Source of the DNA: a virus
Lineage: Duplodnaviria; Caudoviricetes
Strand: one strand, 5' to 3'
IMG/VR virus record: IMGVR_UViG_3300046049_000069
Span: 1 to 33,522 of that record
DNA: 33,522 bases
The notes below the pieces were generated by a model. The model was not told the DNA's origin. It searched no databases and worked only from the letters and a program-made list of their open reading frames with translations. This document shows positions 8,510 to 18,239 of this stretch, piece after piece. The position numbers and the translations under genes are program-made. Every line of letters begins with the position of its first letter. Position 1 is the stretch's first letter.

Positions 8510-8818
8510 ATGCCGGAGTCTATGGACGCGGCGGAACGACTCCGGGTCGTCGGACACATGGACGACGAGACCACGCTCGCGGTCTACTGGCGGGCGTTCG
8601 AGACAACGTTCCGCGCCCGCCTCACCCCCATACAGGGCGGCGAAGCCCTCACGATACCCTCCATCGTGGAGGTTGAGTTCGACGGGTTCGAGATCCCCGG
8701 GACGGAAACGGACCGACAGACCTGTCGGTATATCCACGTCCCGCCCGTCGTCCGTGAAGCGGTCCAGCGCCCGGTCCAGTACCCCGACAACGAGGACAAC
8801 GAGGACGAAGACCCATGA
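8510..8818 (+). CDS. Hypothetical protein, possibly AbrB-like
   Basis: GEALTIP and YIHVPPVVRE resemble AbrB swapped-hairpin motifs (weak). Confidence 0.5.
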   Translation: MPESMDAAERLRVVGHMDDETTLAVYWRAFETTFRARLTPIQGGEALTIPSIVEVEFDGFEIPGTETDRQTCRYIHVPPVVREAVQRPVQYPDNEDNEDEDP

Positions 8819-9009
8819 CCGATAACGAACACTTCACGGGCGATGTAGAACGATACGGGTGTACGAGATGTAAGAACAAGCAGTTCTACGTAGTCACTGA
8901 TTCGGACGGGATTTCGTTCCTCAGATGTGTTACTTGTGACCGAACAATTTTGCCTAACCACCAGTCAGTCAACTCGGATACAGACCAGGAGGGTGACGAT
9001 CATGCGTAA
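8815..9009 (+). CDS. Zinc-ribbon microprotein
   Basis: CTRC...CVTC; visibly lower GC than its neighbours. Confidence 0.65.
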   Translation: MTDNEHFTGDVERYGCTRCKNKQFYVVTDSDGISFLRCVTCDRTILPNHQSVNSDTDQEGDDHA

Positions 9010-9232
9010 CGCGGACGAGGGGATGTTCGAGTGTTTTGAGTGTGGAGCGGAGACGCCGACCGACGAGGCTGTGTTCGAGAATCGGGTCTACGAGGCGGAG
9101 GTCGCCGTCGACCCGTCCCCGTACCACCACATGGACCCGCGGCATACCCCAACGACGGAGACCCGTCCAGCGGGTACGGGCCGGGTCCCGGTCTGTCCGG
9201 ACTGTTCGAGGGAGGACCATGCGGAGACGTAG
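9002..9232 (+). CDS. Zinc-finger microprotein
   Basis: MRNADEGMFECFECG...VCPDC; GGAGGG upstream. Confidence 0.65.
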   Translation: MRNADEGMFECFECGAETPTDEAVFENRVYEAEVAVDPSPYHHMDPRHTPTTETRPAGTGRVPVCPDCSREDHAET

Positions 9233-9461
9233 CCCCCGACGCCCACGCCTCCCCCGTCGGGAACGCCGCGACACCCGCCGGCCGCGGCGAACTTCCGGGT
9301 CCCCGACGTGGTTCGACGAAGACACGTCTCCGTGTGCCTGTTCCGAGGCGGACCGCGAGACGACCACAGTCCGGTCCCATACCGGTTACTCCGACTTCTA
9401 CTACGCAAAGGCCCGCTGTGAGACGTGTGGAGAGACGTGGTGTTACTGGATAGCGGGCTAA
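9219..9461 (+). CDS. Zinc-ribbon protein with Arg-rich N-terminus
   Basis: MRRRSPRRPRLPRRERR...CAC...CETCG; GGAGG upstream. Confidence 0.55.
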   Translation: MRRRSPRRPRLPRRERRDTRRPRRTSGSPTWFDEDTSPCACSEADRETTTVRSHTGYSDFYYAKARCETCGETWCYWIAG

Positions 9462-9514
9462 ACGACGGTACTTATCCCGTGGCTTTTATACCCATCCACG
9501 TATACGCTACGTAT

Positions 9515-9628
9515 ATGGAGGACGAGATCCTCGTCCGAGAGTGTCTCCACGGACACGCCGAACCCATCCAGAAACACGGCGGGCCATCCCGCTGTCCACG
9601 CTGCGGATCCCGCTACGCCGACCGGTAA
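9515..9628 (+). CDS. CPxCG zinc-finger microprotein (37 aa), probably leaderless
   Basis: CLHGH...CPRCG; TTTTATA about 28 bp upstream. Confidence 0.6.
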   Translation: MEDEILVRECLHGHAEPIQKHGGPSRCPRCGSRYADR

Positions 9629-9956
9629 CGTCAGACAGACGTCACACACAACATTAACACCCCTCCCCACGCACCCAACCATGTGGCGGACACCACCCCG
9701 CGGACCCCTCCGCGACGGTAACCCGCCACCGGAGCGTCACACACTCCACCCCCATCTTCCCCCGACAATCCACAGAACAGCAGCCATATAGCCGCACATC
9801 ACCGCGGACACCCGAACGCGACCCACCACACCCCGGAACCGTTCACCCCCGCCACACCCCGCTCACGCCCGTCTAACAACCGCTGTAAAACCCCAACCCA
9901 TACCGATAGTGACCCGACCGTATATTTAACACGCTTCCCCCGATACGTCTCTCCTA

Positions 9957-10280
9957 ATGAGAGACAAACACCGTCGAACGAACAGGACGGTCGGCACGAA
10001 CCAGCCGACGACCACCCCGACGGGACAGGGACTCCGATCCCTCACAGTCATAACACCCGTCGGAGACGTCTCCGTCGCGTTCGGAGTAAACCACCATATC
10101 GCGGCGGTCGCCGCGGAGGTGTTAACCCGCCTCGAACGAGACCCGGAGCTACAGACATACAGCCTCGTCCTCGTCGAGGGTGACGAGGGGACGCCGCTGG
10201 ACCACGGGGACACGCTCGGATCCGCCGGGGTGGCAGACGGGGCGGAACTCGTCCTCGAAAGCAACCCCGTAGCGATATGA
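9957..10280 (+). CDS. Ubiquitin-like (beta-grasp, YukD/EsaB-like) protein
   Basis: PLDHGDTLGSAGVADGAELVL matches the ubiquitin/YukD C-terminal L.D..TL...G+.DG..L.L pattern; TATTTAA promoter near 9923. Confidence 0.6.
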   Translation: MRDKHRRTNRTVGTNQPTTTPTGQGLRSLTVITPVGDVSVAFGVNHHIAAVAAEVLTRLERDPELQTYSLVLVEGDEGTPLDHGDTLGSAGVADGAELVLESNPVAI

Positions 10281-10936
10281 CGCGAGACGACTACGGAGAG
10301 AAACGAGCGGACGGACAGTACGAGAACTACCCAACTCCTCCCGAGGGAGAACTGGTCCAGCCCGTCCGAGAGTCCTATGTCCATGCGGAGTGTGAGGCGG
10401 CCACCCGCATGTCGCGGGAGTTAGCGGAGGGGTTCGCCCGGGACCCCGACTACTACGACGGCACCTACTGTGCTACCTGTGAAGGGCATTTCTCGCTGGA
10501 CGAGTTCAGATGGAAAAATACGGAGATCTCACTCGACGAGGCGGGCGTCGTCGCGGACCATGAGGACCCGCCCCGGGGCGAGAACGACGCGCCCGAGGAC
10601 TATAGAGGACCGGTTCACTATGTCCACGCGGCGGAGAATCACACAGTTACGGAGACGGAGTTTATAGAACGCTACGGAGAGACGGAGTTGGGCCTTCTCA
10701 CTCCGGACCCGCTGAAATACAAGGCCTCGGAGGGGGTAGTCTCCCTTTCATTCGAGGAGGTTCGCCTCCGTGTCACGGAGACAGATAAGACGGGCGTCGC
10801 CTACCTCGGGGTCTACGACTGTAGCTACTCTAACCCCATGAAACAGGACTACGACCTTACCGAAGGGTCGGAGATAATCCTCACTCTCGACGGGGGAGCG
10901 TTTGAGGTCGTCGGAGACGTGGAGGCGGGTGAGTAG
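10277..10936 (+). CDS. Conserved phage-type zinc-binding protein plus C-terminal domain
   Basis: PVRESYVHAEC...FARDPDYYDGTYCATC..HF...F.W resembles a widespread uncharacterised phage family (from recall); ATGA overlap with the Ubl gene. Confidence 0.7.
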   Translation: MTRDDYGEKRADGQYENYPTPPEGELVQPVRESYVHAECEAATRMSRELAEGFARDPDYYDGTYCATCEGHFSLDEFRWKNTEISLDEAGVVADHEDPPRGENDAPEDYRGPVHYVHAAENHTVTETEFIERYGETELGLLTPDPLKYKASEGVVSLSFEEVRLRVTETDKTGVAYLGVYDCSYSNPMKQDYDLTEGSEIILTLDGGAFEVVGDVEAGE

Positions 10937-10938
10937 CC

Positions 10939-11379
10939 ATGTCCGACGAGTTCGACTACGACCGGGAGAACGTCGTCGAGGAGATCCACGGGCTCGCAAA
11001 GACCCGCCTCTCCGCCCCCGTCACGCTCAAACTCGTTGCGTGGGACGGCGGGGACTTTCAGGTAGTCGCGTTCCACAGCATAGAGGCGACCTATCCCGAC
11101 GAGGAGGAGGAGGAGGAGCGGTGGGTGGCGGTGGACGGACTCCCGTTCTACCGGGAACGCCTTATGTTCTCGACGACCGGAGACGTGGAGGGCTGGATTC
11201 TCCATGAGGTCGTCCGGAGACGCTGTGGACGGACAGGCGCGGAGCCTATCTGGACGGAACAGGTCGGGGGCTATACCCCTAACTGGCCGAAACCAATTGA
11301 GGACGACGAGGACGACGAGGGAGACGACGAGGACGGACCGACATATCCGGGGTCGACGTTCCCGGGGAGGTTTGCCTAA
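10939..11379 (+). CDS. Hypothetical acidic protein
   Basis: Coupled operonic ORF. Confidence 0.65.
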   Translation: MSDEFDYDRENVVEEIHGLAKTRLSAPVTLKLVAWDGGDFQVVAFHSIEATYPDEEEEEERWVAVDGLPFYRERLMFSTTGDVEGWILHEVVRRRCGRTGAEPIWTEQVGGYTPNWPKPIEDDEDDEGDDEDGPTYPGSTFPGRFA

Positions 11380-11930
11380 TGGGAGATCTCGACGTCGACT
11401 ACCGGGAGTTAGAGGTCCCGGAGGAGAAGGACCCGCCGGAGTATCGCTATCAGGAGCGGCGGGCGGATATCCTCCAGAACTACCTCCTCGACAAAGGCCA
11501 CCCGGACCGCGTGAACTGGTCCGAGTTAGCCCGGTATTACGATAAATCAAAGTCCACGCTCCACAACGACAAACTGACGCTTACGGAGTGGTTAGTGGCG
11601 AATCTGGATATCGGGCGTATCGGGGAGATCGGGACCGCGCTCTTTGAACAGGGGTTACTGGAACTACAGGCGGACGACGACTACGACCCGTTCGACCTCC
11701 ACGCGTTCGTCGCAAAGTGGACCTCAACGCTGGACGACCTCGGGATTATCGATCTCGACGACGCGGACGAGGACGACCTGTTCGTCACCGACGACGAGGG
11801 CGGCGTCACCGTTGAGATCGCCGGCGTCGCAGCGGACGACGTCGCGGACATGGACATGCCGGACCGAACACAAACCGACGACCCCGCCGATGAGGGCGAG
11901 GCGGAGGAGGAGGAGGCGGTTGAGGCATGA
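11379..11930 (+). CDS. terS: Putative terminase small subunit (N-terminal HTH)
   Basis: HTH VNWSELARYYDKSKSTLHND, helical middle, acidic tail; upstream of TerL. Confidence 0.55.
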   Translation: MGDLDVDYRELEVPEEKDPPEYRYQERRADILQNYLLDKGHPDRVNWSELARYYDKSKSTLHNDKLTLTEWLVANLDIGRIGEIGTALFEQGLLELQADDDYDPFDLHAFVAKWTSTLDDLGIIDLDDADEDDLFVTDDEGGVTVEIAGVAADDVADMDMPDRTQTDDPADEGEAEEEEAVEA

Positions 11931-12385
11931 CGGACGAGTTCATGCGGGACGCCCGCCGGTTCCGCCTCGTCCGCGTGGCGGACGGAAGCGGCGGTTCCGA
12001 AACCGGTGTCGTCGCGGTCGGCGTTGAGTTTCCGTCCGGCGCGGTCTGTATGGAGTGGCTGGACGACGAGTACCCTGACGTCGCAACCGGCGCGAACGGA
12101 CTCTCCGTTAAACCCGGACCAGACGGGGTAGACGACACGCGAGCGGTCCACGGACACGGAGGACGGGCCCGCGTCGAATGGGTAGATCCCTCCCGAACGG
12201 TTCAGGAGGGCGACGCTGTTGAGTGTCCCTATTGCGGCGGGGAGGTCCCGCTGGCCGAGTGGACGGTCTACAGACACGGCGGGGGGTCATGTCCGCTCTG
12301 TGGCGTCTGCCACCTCCCGGACGCTATTCGACGCTCACAGGCGGACGACCCGATGGCGGACCGCGACACAGAACGGGGGTGGTAG
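11927..12385 (+). CDS. Conserved phage protein fused to a C-terminal zinc finger
   Basis: RRFRLVR..D.SG.S.TGVVA.GVEF..G...W...HGHGG motif; CPYCG...CPLCG. Confidence 0.7.
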   Translation: MTDEFMRDARRFRLVRVADGSGGSETGVVAVGVEFPSGAVCMEWLDDEYPDVATGANGLSVKPGPDGVDDTRAVHGHGGRARVEWVDPSRTVQEGDAVECPYCGGEVPLAEWTVYRHGGGSCPLCGVCHLPDAIRRSQADDPMADRDTERGW

Positions 12386-12387
12386 CC

Positions 12388-12696
12388 ATGTGTAAACCGG
12401 CCTGCGAGATCGTTGAGACGGTCCAGCCGGGACGGATCTTTACCTGTGAGGAGGGCGGGCTGTGGTTCTCCGGCATGAACGCCCACGTCGGACCCCTCGT
12501 CCATGGCGTCGCCCGAGCGTTAGCGGCGGCGGGCTACACGGTCGGGGACCCCCGCGACGAAGCGGGCGGAATCTACCTCCCGGTCGAGGGCGTCAAGGCG
12601 GTCTCAAACGAGGACCTAAACCGTCTCGTCTCACCCCCGGGCGGGAACCGTGGCGCCGTGGACGAGGACCGACACCTTCCGGAACCATATCTATGA
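12388..12696 (+). CDS. Hypothetical protein
   Basis: TAGCCATG coupling; MCKPACEIV... Confidence 0.55.
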   Translation: MCKPACEIVETVQPGRIFTCEEGGLWFSGMNAHVGPLVHGVARALAAAGYTVGDPRDEAGGIYLPVEGVKAVSNEDLNRLVSPPGGNRGAVDEDRHLPEPYL

Positions 12697-12995
12697 GTCC
12701 ACAGGCCACGCTCAACGACATAGCGCCGGATCCAGAAGAACAGTCCGACGAGGCGGGTGTGGAGCCCGCTATTGTGGACGCAAACCCCGGGGTTGAGGCG
12801 GGGAAACCGGCGTCGAACGTCCCGCGTCCGGAAGACCTCCGGGAGCCCCAGGAGCCCAGCGGGTCCGCGTTGAGGCCGCGCTGCGGCGGGCGACAGGGAC
12901 GGACGTGGACCTGTCCCACGTGTGGCGCGGCGTCGGAGACGTGCTACCGGTGTTCGGCGTGTGGGAAAGACCTCGTCGCGGCGGAGGGACGGTAG
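12693..12995 (+). CDS. Zinc-ribbon protein
   Basis: ATGA overlap; CPTCG...CSACGKDL. Confidence 0.6.
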   Translation: MSPQATLNDIAPDPEEQSDEAGVEPAIVDANPGVEAGKPASNVPRPEDLREPQEPSGSALRPRCGGRQGRTWTCPTCGAASETCYRCSACGKDLVAAEGR

Positions 12996-12998
12996 CGG

Positions 12999-13391
12999 AT
13001 GGCGACAATCCAGAAACGCCCGGTTGCGGTTGCGGTTCGAGCGGCGGAGCCCGGTGAACAGATAGAGACGCGAGAAGAAACCCTGACAGCGGACGCAGGC
13101 GACCTCATAATCACGGGGGTCCACGGAGAGGTCTACCCGATCAGCCCGGAGATCTTCGTGGAGACCTACGCCCCGGCGGACGAGGCCGGGATGGACCTCT
13201 ACCGGGAGTGTCTCCCCGAAGGCGTCCGCGTCGAGTTCGAGACGGTCGATACGGTCACCCTCCTATCCGGGGTGTGCGTGGATCCGGCGGAGCTGGACGC
13301 GAACGAGATCCGGGACGCGGAGGCGTTTGCCCGTCGGCTGATGGAGTCCAGCCCGAACGTCCCGGACGCCTCGGAGGTCGTCTACGTATGA
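12999..13391 (+). CDS. PGDYG-like phage protein
   Basis: KRPVAV.....IETRE.....AGDLIITGVHGEVYPISPEIFVETY pattern. Confidence 0.65.
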   Translation: MATIQKRPVAVAVRAAEPGEQIETREETLTADAGDLIITGVHGEVYPISPEIFVETYAPADEAGMDLYRECLPEGVRVEFETVDTVTLLSGVCVDPAELDANEIRDAEAFARRLMESSPNVPDASEVVYV

Positions 13392-13741
13392 GTGGACGTC
13401 GGGGACGCGACCCCTACCGGGACGGACGGGAGGAGGCAAAAAACAGGGGCCTCGACCGCCGCGGCGAAGAACAATTCGGGTCGTCGGCCCACAGCGTGAC
13501 GGTCTGTCCGGAGTGTCGCTGTCACCTCCCCGACCTCTCCGGGTTTAACGAAACCCCGGCGGCGTGTCCGGAGTGTACGGCACGGCTCCGCTGTGCGGGC
13601 TGTGGCTCAACCCTCGTCGAGGCAGACCGTACCAAAGGGTCGGATCTCGCGGACGGCCTCTGTCCCCGCTGTGGAGAACCCGCGGACGGGTCGGGAACGA
13701 CGCCCGAGGACGAGGACTTCACGTGGAACGACTCCGCATAA
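13388..13741 (+). CDS. Double zinc-ribbon protein
   Basis: CPEC, CPEC, CAGC, CPRCG; ATGA overlap. Confidence 0.65.
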   Translation: MSGRRGRDPYRDGREEAKNRGLDRRGEEQFGSSAHSVTVCPECRCHLPDLSGFNETPAACPECTARLRCAGCGSTLVEADRTKGSDLADGLCPRCGEPADGSGTTPEDEDFTWNDSA

Positions 13742-13770
13742 ACCATATACCGATGTATCCTTTCTGAACC

Positions 13771-15273
13771 ATGGGAACGAACACCTCGCCCCCGGGTTCG
13801 ACGGACGCGGACGCGGAACCGGCGGTCGGCGGGACTGAACCCTCGGGAGAGGTCGACGGACTCCACTACGACCCGACGGCGGACCGCCCGCTCCGCTATG
13901 AGTTTTGGTCCGAACAACTCCGCGCCCTCTCCCACCTGAACCCGACGGACGACCGGTGGGGGGCGCTCCAAGCTAAATACCGGGAGTTAGAGGAGGTGTG
14001 GATAGACGACCCGCACCCACCTGACGGGTGGGATATCGTGGGGGCGTTAGGCGGGTTCCGCTCGGGGAAGTCGACGACCGGGGCGCGGTGGACCATCACG
14101 TCCGCCCTCGAACGCCCGGGGTCGCGGTGGCTGGCTATGGGACAGGACTTTGCGAAAGCAAAAAAGACGACGTATAAGGTCCTGTTCCAGAACCTCCCCG
14201 GGGACATGACGCACGTCCTCACGCGGAACCATAACGGTCCAGAAACCTCGCCTATCGTCGCGGACTACGCCCGTCGAGATAAGGTCCTCACGCTCCGGAA
14301 CAGCTCCCAAATCGTCCTCGGGTCCGCGGATAACCCGGGCCGGCACGCGGGCGACGAGTTCCACGGCGGGTGGCTGGACGAACCGTCTCTTTACGGCGAC
14401 GAACTCCACCAAACACGACGCATGATCGGGTCCCGCCTCTCCGCTGGACCACCGGCCGTCCAGTTTTGGACCTACACCGGGAACGGCATGGAAGGGAACG
14501 CCGCCTACGAAGTCATGGAGAAACGGGTGGACGAAGACGACGAACCCCTAAACGTGAATATCACGGTCGTCCGGCTGAACGTCCTCCAAAACCCGTTTAT
14601 CACCCAGGCGACGAAACGAAAACTATTGCGACAGTACGAGGGAACGGAGTTAGAAAAACAGGGGCTGTATGGCGGCTACGCAGCGGCAAGAGGCTTAGTC
14701 TACTCCGCGTTTAACCGGAACGACCACGTGCTCCCGGCGGCGGAGGCGGATATCCTCGTTGAGGACGCGTTCCGGGTCTATGGCTACGACGCTGGGTGGG
14801 GCGACCCCCGCGTGCTCTTGGAGGCCGGACGGAACGCGTACGGACAGTTACTCGTTGTGGACGAGTTCTACGAGGAGGAGACACAGCCTGAACACGCGAT
14901 TAAGTGGCTCCGCGGCGGACTCCCCGGGACGGAGGAGTCCCCGACGGGCCGGATACTGGCTGAACATGAACCAGCGGATATCCAGAAGTTCAGGCGGGCG
15001 GGCTACCAAGCGGTCCCGGCGGAAAAGTCACTCGACGCGGGGATCCCGGCGGTCCGACGTCGCCTCGGAACGGACTCCGAAGACCGCGTCGGACTCCTGA
15101 TATCGGACCGCTGTGAGAACCTTATCCGCGAACTACAGGACTACCAAACGGACGAGGTCGGGAAAAAAAGCGCGGAGGACCACGCCGCGGACGCCCTCCG
15201 CTACCTGATTATGGGATATGACGAGGCCGGGGGGTCGTCGTCGGGCGGGTCAAGTTCCGTCGAAACAGCGTAA
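13771..15273 (+). CDS. terL: Terminase large subunit
   Basis: Walker A GGFRSGKST, Walker B GGWLDEP, RNase H-like GYDAGWGDP, C-terminal DHAADALRY. Confidence 0.92.
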   Translation: MGTNTSPPGSTDADAEPAVGGTEPSGEVDGLHYDPTADRPLRYEFWSEQLRALSHLNPTDDRWGALQAKYRELEEVWIDDPHPPDGWDIVGALGGFRSGKSTTGARWTITSALERPGSRWLAMGQDFAKAKKTTYKVLFQNLPGDMTHVLTRNHNGPETSPIVADYARRDKVLTLRNSSQIVLGSADNPGRHAGDEFHGGWLDEPSLYGDELHQTRRMIGSRLSAGPPAVQFWTYTGNGMEGNAAYEVMEKRVDEDDEPLNVNITVVRLNVLQNPFITQATKRKLLRQYEGTELEKQGLYGGYAAARGLVYSAFNRNDHVLPAAEADILVEDAFRVYGYDAGWGDPRVLLEAGRNAYGQLLVVDEFYEEETQPEHAIKWLRGGLPGTEESPTGRILAEHEPADIQKFRRAGYQAVPAEKSLDAGIPAVRRRLGTDSEDRVGLLISDRCENLIRELQDYQTDEVGKKSAEDHAADALRYLIMGYDEAGGSSSGGSSSVETA

Positions 15274-15345
15274 CGAGGTAGTAGAAGGGTTTTTAGAACA
15301 TGGTAGATAAATGTAGATGCGACAGGTACGGGAGGTGAACTACGA

Positions 15346-15471
15346 ATGAGCTACGACAACTGTCCAGAGTGCGGCGACGAGAACATGACGTTACGGACGG
15401 ACTTTGACTCGGAAATTATAACGTGTCAAAGCTGCGGCTGGCGCGAAAACAAATCCGTCGACGGACTCTAA
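15346..15471 (+). CDS. CPxCG zinc-finger microprotein (41 aa)
   Basis: Translated manually: MSYDNCPECGDENM...CQSCGW; GGAGGTGA SD upstream. Confidence 0.7.
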   Translation: MSYDNCPECGDENMTLRTDFDSEIITCQSCGWRENKSVDGL

Positions 15472-15528
15472 TACGAACGACTAACTCCGTCGAGAACACC
15501 TAAGTCCCGTCGTCGAGACGGTCATGCT

Positions 15529-15906
15529 ATGCCGGTTCACGCGGTCCGGGTCGAGACGAGTAAAGTCTCCTCGGGCGTCCCGATAGAGACGATCCTCTCG
15601 CAATTCGGGGGGTCGAGATCGACGGTGCTTGACGAGGAGGCGATTCCGCCGGGGCTGATTGAACCGACGGATCCGGAACCGCTGGATGAACCGTACCGTC
15701 GCGCGTTCTGGCGCTTCGACCCGGGGACGCATAGTGTGGCAGCCCTCCTCAACGACCTCGAAACAAGCCTCTCGGGGAACGCGGAGTGGTATCGGATCCG
15801 ATACCACTCATGCGACCACGACCGCCCGGCGGCGGACCGCGGCGGCTGTACGTGGGACTCGTTAAAGGCGCGGTTTAGCGGTCCGGTCCCGTCCGAGTTA
15901 GCGTAG
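15529..15906 (+). CDS. Hypothetical protein
   Basis: 125 aa; HSCDHD...C motif. Confidence 0.6.
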   Translation: MPVHAVRVETSKVSSGVPIETILSQFGGSRSTVLDEEAIPPGLIEPTDPEPLDEPYRRAFWRFDPGTHSVAALLNDLETSLSGNAEWYRIRYHSCDHDRPAADRGGCTWDSLKARFSGPVPSELA

Positions 15907-15999
15907 TGTCTCGCCCCTGTGGTTCGCGGGCGGGTACCGCATAGACATTCCCGATACCATTATTACCCCTGGCGATAGTTCTGCGGACGGGAACCACAC

Positions 16000-16353
16000 A
16001 TGATAGATATAGACCTCGACGGGCTTTCCACGATCCCGGTCTATTGGGGCGTCCAGATTCATACCTGTAAGTCACGACCCGAGGACGCCGAGGCGGAGTG
16101 TGAGATCTTCCGCCCGTCTCGCGGACAGGTCGACCCCGGGGACGTTCCGGAGGCTGTCGTCAACCCGGTCAAGGAGGTGTTCTCCGACGAGGTCCTCATC
16201 CCCACGCCAGATATGATCGACGACGACGAGGACGACGAGGACGAGGGTGAGTTCCCCGGACTCCCGGGCGTCGTCCTCGTCTCCGACGCGGACGAAGCAA
16301 TGCTGAACAGCCTACAGGACCCGGACACCGACCCCGGAGGCATGTTCCAATAA
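16000..16353 (+). CDS. Hypothetical acidic protein
   Basis: Codon bias; TTATTA upstream. Confidence 0.6.
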   Translation: MIDIDLDGLSTIPVYWGVQIHTCKSRPEDAEAECEIFRPSRGQVDPGDVPEAVVNPVKEVFSDEVLIPTPDMIDDDEDDEDEGEFPGLPGVVLVSDADEAMLNSLQDPDTDPGGMFQ

Positions 16354-16355
16354 CC

Positions 16356-16682
16356 ATGGACGAGAACGAGGACGAGGACGAGGGGTCGGTTCGGGAGGTG
16401 CGGGTCGACGAACGGGCGGCGTTCCTCACGATGGACGCCCTCGAACGACAGGTCGTGGCCGCGGTCGCGGCGGAGGAGTTCGAGGTCGCGGCGGAGACGG
16501 CGGCGGCGCTGTTCCTCATACAGTCCGAACTCCCGCGGTGGACCGACGAGTATCACCGCGTCTCGGAGTCGTTTCCTGTCGACGAAAAACAGGTCGGCGG
16601 CGCTATGGAGACGGTCTACGAGTGGACCGTGGCGAACGACCACAACGCCCGGGAGTGGTTCGAGGACACCGGCGACGAGTAA
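16356..16682 (+). CDS. Hypothetical acidic protein
   Basis: TAACCATG coupling. Confidence 0.6.
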   Translation: MDENEDEDEGSVREVRVDERAAFLTMDALERQVVAAVAAEEFEVAAETAAALFLIQSELPRWTDEYHRVSESFPVDEKQVGGAMETVYEWTVANDHNAREWFEDTGDE

Positions 16683-16684
16683 CC

Positions 16685-16972
16685 ATGGAGTCCCTGTTCG
16701 ACGAGGCGGACGAGGAGACGTTCGCGGAGGCGGTTGAGACGTGGGGGATAGCGGCACAGGTAGACATGGCGGAGGAGGAGGCGGCGGAGTTCATAGTCGC
16801 CTCGAAACACTACGCCCGAGGGAAAGTGGACCTCGACGGGGTGGTAGACGAGTTAGCGGACCTCCGTATTATGTCCGAACAGTTAACGGAGGTCATCGGG
16901 CGCGACCGGGTGGAACGGAGAGTAGAGTCGAAAATGGACCGGCTACGCGAACGGTTAGCGGAGGCGGACTGA
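16685..16972 (+). CDS. MazG-like NTP pyrophosphohydrolase
   Basis: WG..AQ....EEEAAEF...DELADL.IM.EQL all-alpha NTP-PPase motif. Confidence 0.75.
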   Translation: MESLFDEADEETFAEAVETWGIAAQVDMAEEEAAEFIVASKHYARGKVDLDGVVDELADLRIMSEQLTEVIGRDRVERRVESKMDRLRERLAEAD

Positions 16973-16976
16973 ACCA

Positions 16977-17351
16977 ATGGACGACATTTCCGCTAATATC
17001 CTGAACGAACGACGCGAACCGTACCGACCGACAAAAGACGAGATCCGCGACGGGGCGCTACAGATTCTCGTTGAGGGACGGGACCCCGACCCGGGGGCGC
17101 GGACACATATGGCGTGTCCCGAGTGTGGCTACCAACTCGTAACCGGCCGGGAGTCCCACGGCCCGGACGTCCCCGGACTCCGCGAGACGATTGAGTGGGT
17201 CGCGGAGAACTACAGCGGGACGTTCGACGCCGCGGAGATCCGCGAACTCGTCGCGGCGGCGGTCGTCGAGGTTTTGGACGACCAGGACGAGGCGGGGCTG
17301 GACGCGGACACCCATGAGACGTTAGACGAGTATTCCGGAGAGGGCCTATGA
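16977..17351 (+). CDS. Hypothetical protein with CPECG motif
   Basis: Operonic ORF. Confidence 0.6.
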   Translation: MDDISANILNERREPYRPTKDEIRDGALQILVEGRDPDPGARTHMACPECGYQLVTGRESHGPDVPGLRETIEWVAENYSGTFDAAEIRELVAAAVVEVLDDQDEAGLDADTHETLDEYSGEGL

Positions 17352-17586
17352 GTGAGGCGGACGCGGCGGAGGACAAGGCATGACGGACTTCAACGACCTC
17401 TTGAAACTCTTCGTGGAGGAGGCAAGAGGCCGAACCCCACGTCCTCCGCGCCCTCACCTGTGAACATGGCCCTACGAAACGAATACACGGGACTCGGGTC
17501 GAATCAAGCCTTTCCCGCGTATGGTGTTCGGAGTGCGGCGACATGGTAGATGTAACATTCTACGCGGTCCCCGAGAGGGTAGAGAC

Positions 17587-18237
17587 ATGACTGAACAGGA
17601 TGGACGGCGGGAGGGCGTTGAGGACCCGTCCGTTCCGTGGCGCGACCTCTCCGAAACGGAGAAAGGAGAGTTCGTTAACATGTTACGGCGGGCGGGGCTG
17701 GACCTCGACTCCCGAGCGGAGGCAGAGAAATACTACGGGAACATGCACCGGGCGGACGCTGAACTCCGGCGACAGAACCAACCGCTACCCGAGGAGGTCC
17801 ATAACGAACACTACGGCGTCCTCGCCGTGGATCCGGAGACGGAACTGTTCGGAGTCGGGGAGTTCGGTCCCGGCGTCGCGGGAGCGGGAACGCCCGTATT
17901 CGAGGCGCGGACGGCGAACGACTCGTTCCTCACGTTCTGTTTCCCCCCTTCGGCGGTCGCGGACGAGTACCTCCGGGTGTTCCACGCGGTCGCGTACGAG
18001 GCGGGAGAGTTCTCGTTTCTCATGGACCGCGTGTTCGAGCGGTTCGGACCGGACGACCCCGACCCGCGGGAGGTTGTCTTTACAAACGTCGTCACGGAGT
18101 TCCTCCGTGGGGAGGACCTCGACGTGAAACTGGACGGGTTCGCGTGGCGGGAGGTCGAGATCCCCGACGGAGAACCGCACGCCGGAGAGGACGTCCGCGA
18201 ACTCGTCGGAGAGTGGAACCCCGGGAGGGAGTCGTAG
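17587..18237 (+). CDS. Hypothetical protein
   Basis: MTEQDGRREG... 216 aa, acidic. Confidence 0.65.
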   Translation: MTEQDGRREGVEDPSVPWRDLSETEKGEFVNMLRRAGLDLDSRAEAEKYYGNMHRADAELRRQNQPLPEEVHNEHYGVLAVDPETELFGVGEFGPGVAGAGTPVFEARTANDSFLTFCFPPSAVADEYLRVFHAVAYEAGEFSFLMDRVFERFGPDDPDPREVVFTNVVTEFLRGEDLDVKLDGFAWREVEIPDGEPHAGEDVRELVGEWNPGRES

Positions 18238-18239
18238 CC

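Noticed and set aside
13930-14035. Intein in the terminase (extra segment before Walker A)
   Set aside because: Only about 30 aa, with no C/S...HN splice motifs
17348-17549. Small ORFs between 17351 and 17587
   Set aside because: Only very short or compositionally atypical frames; not supportable
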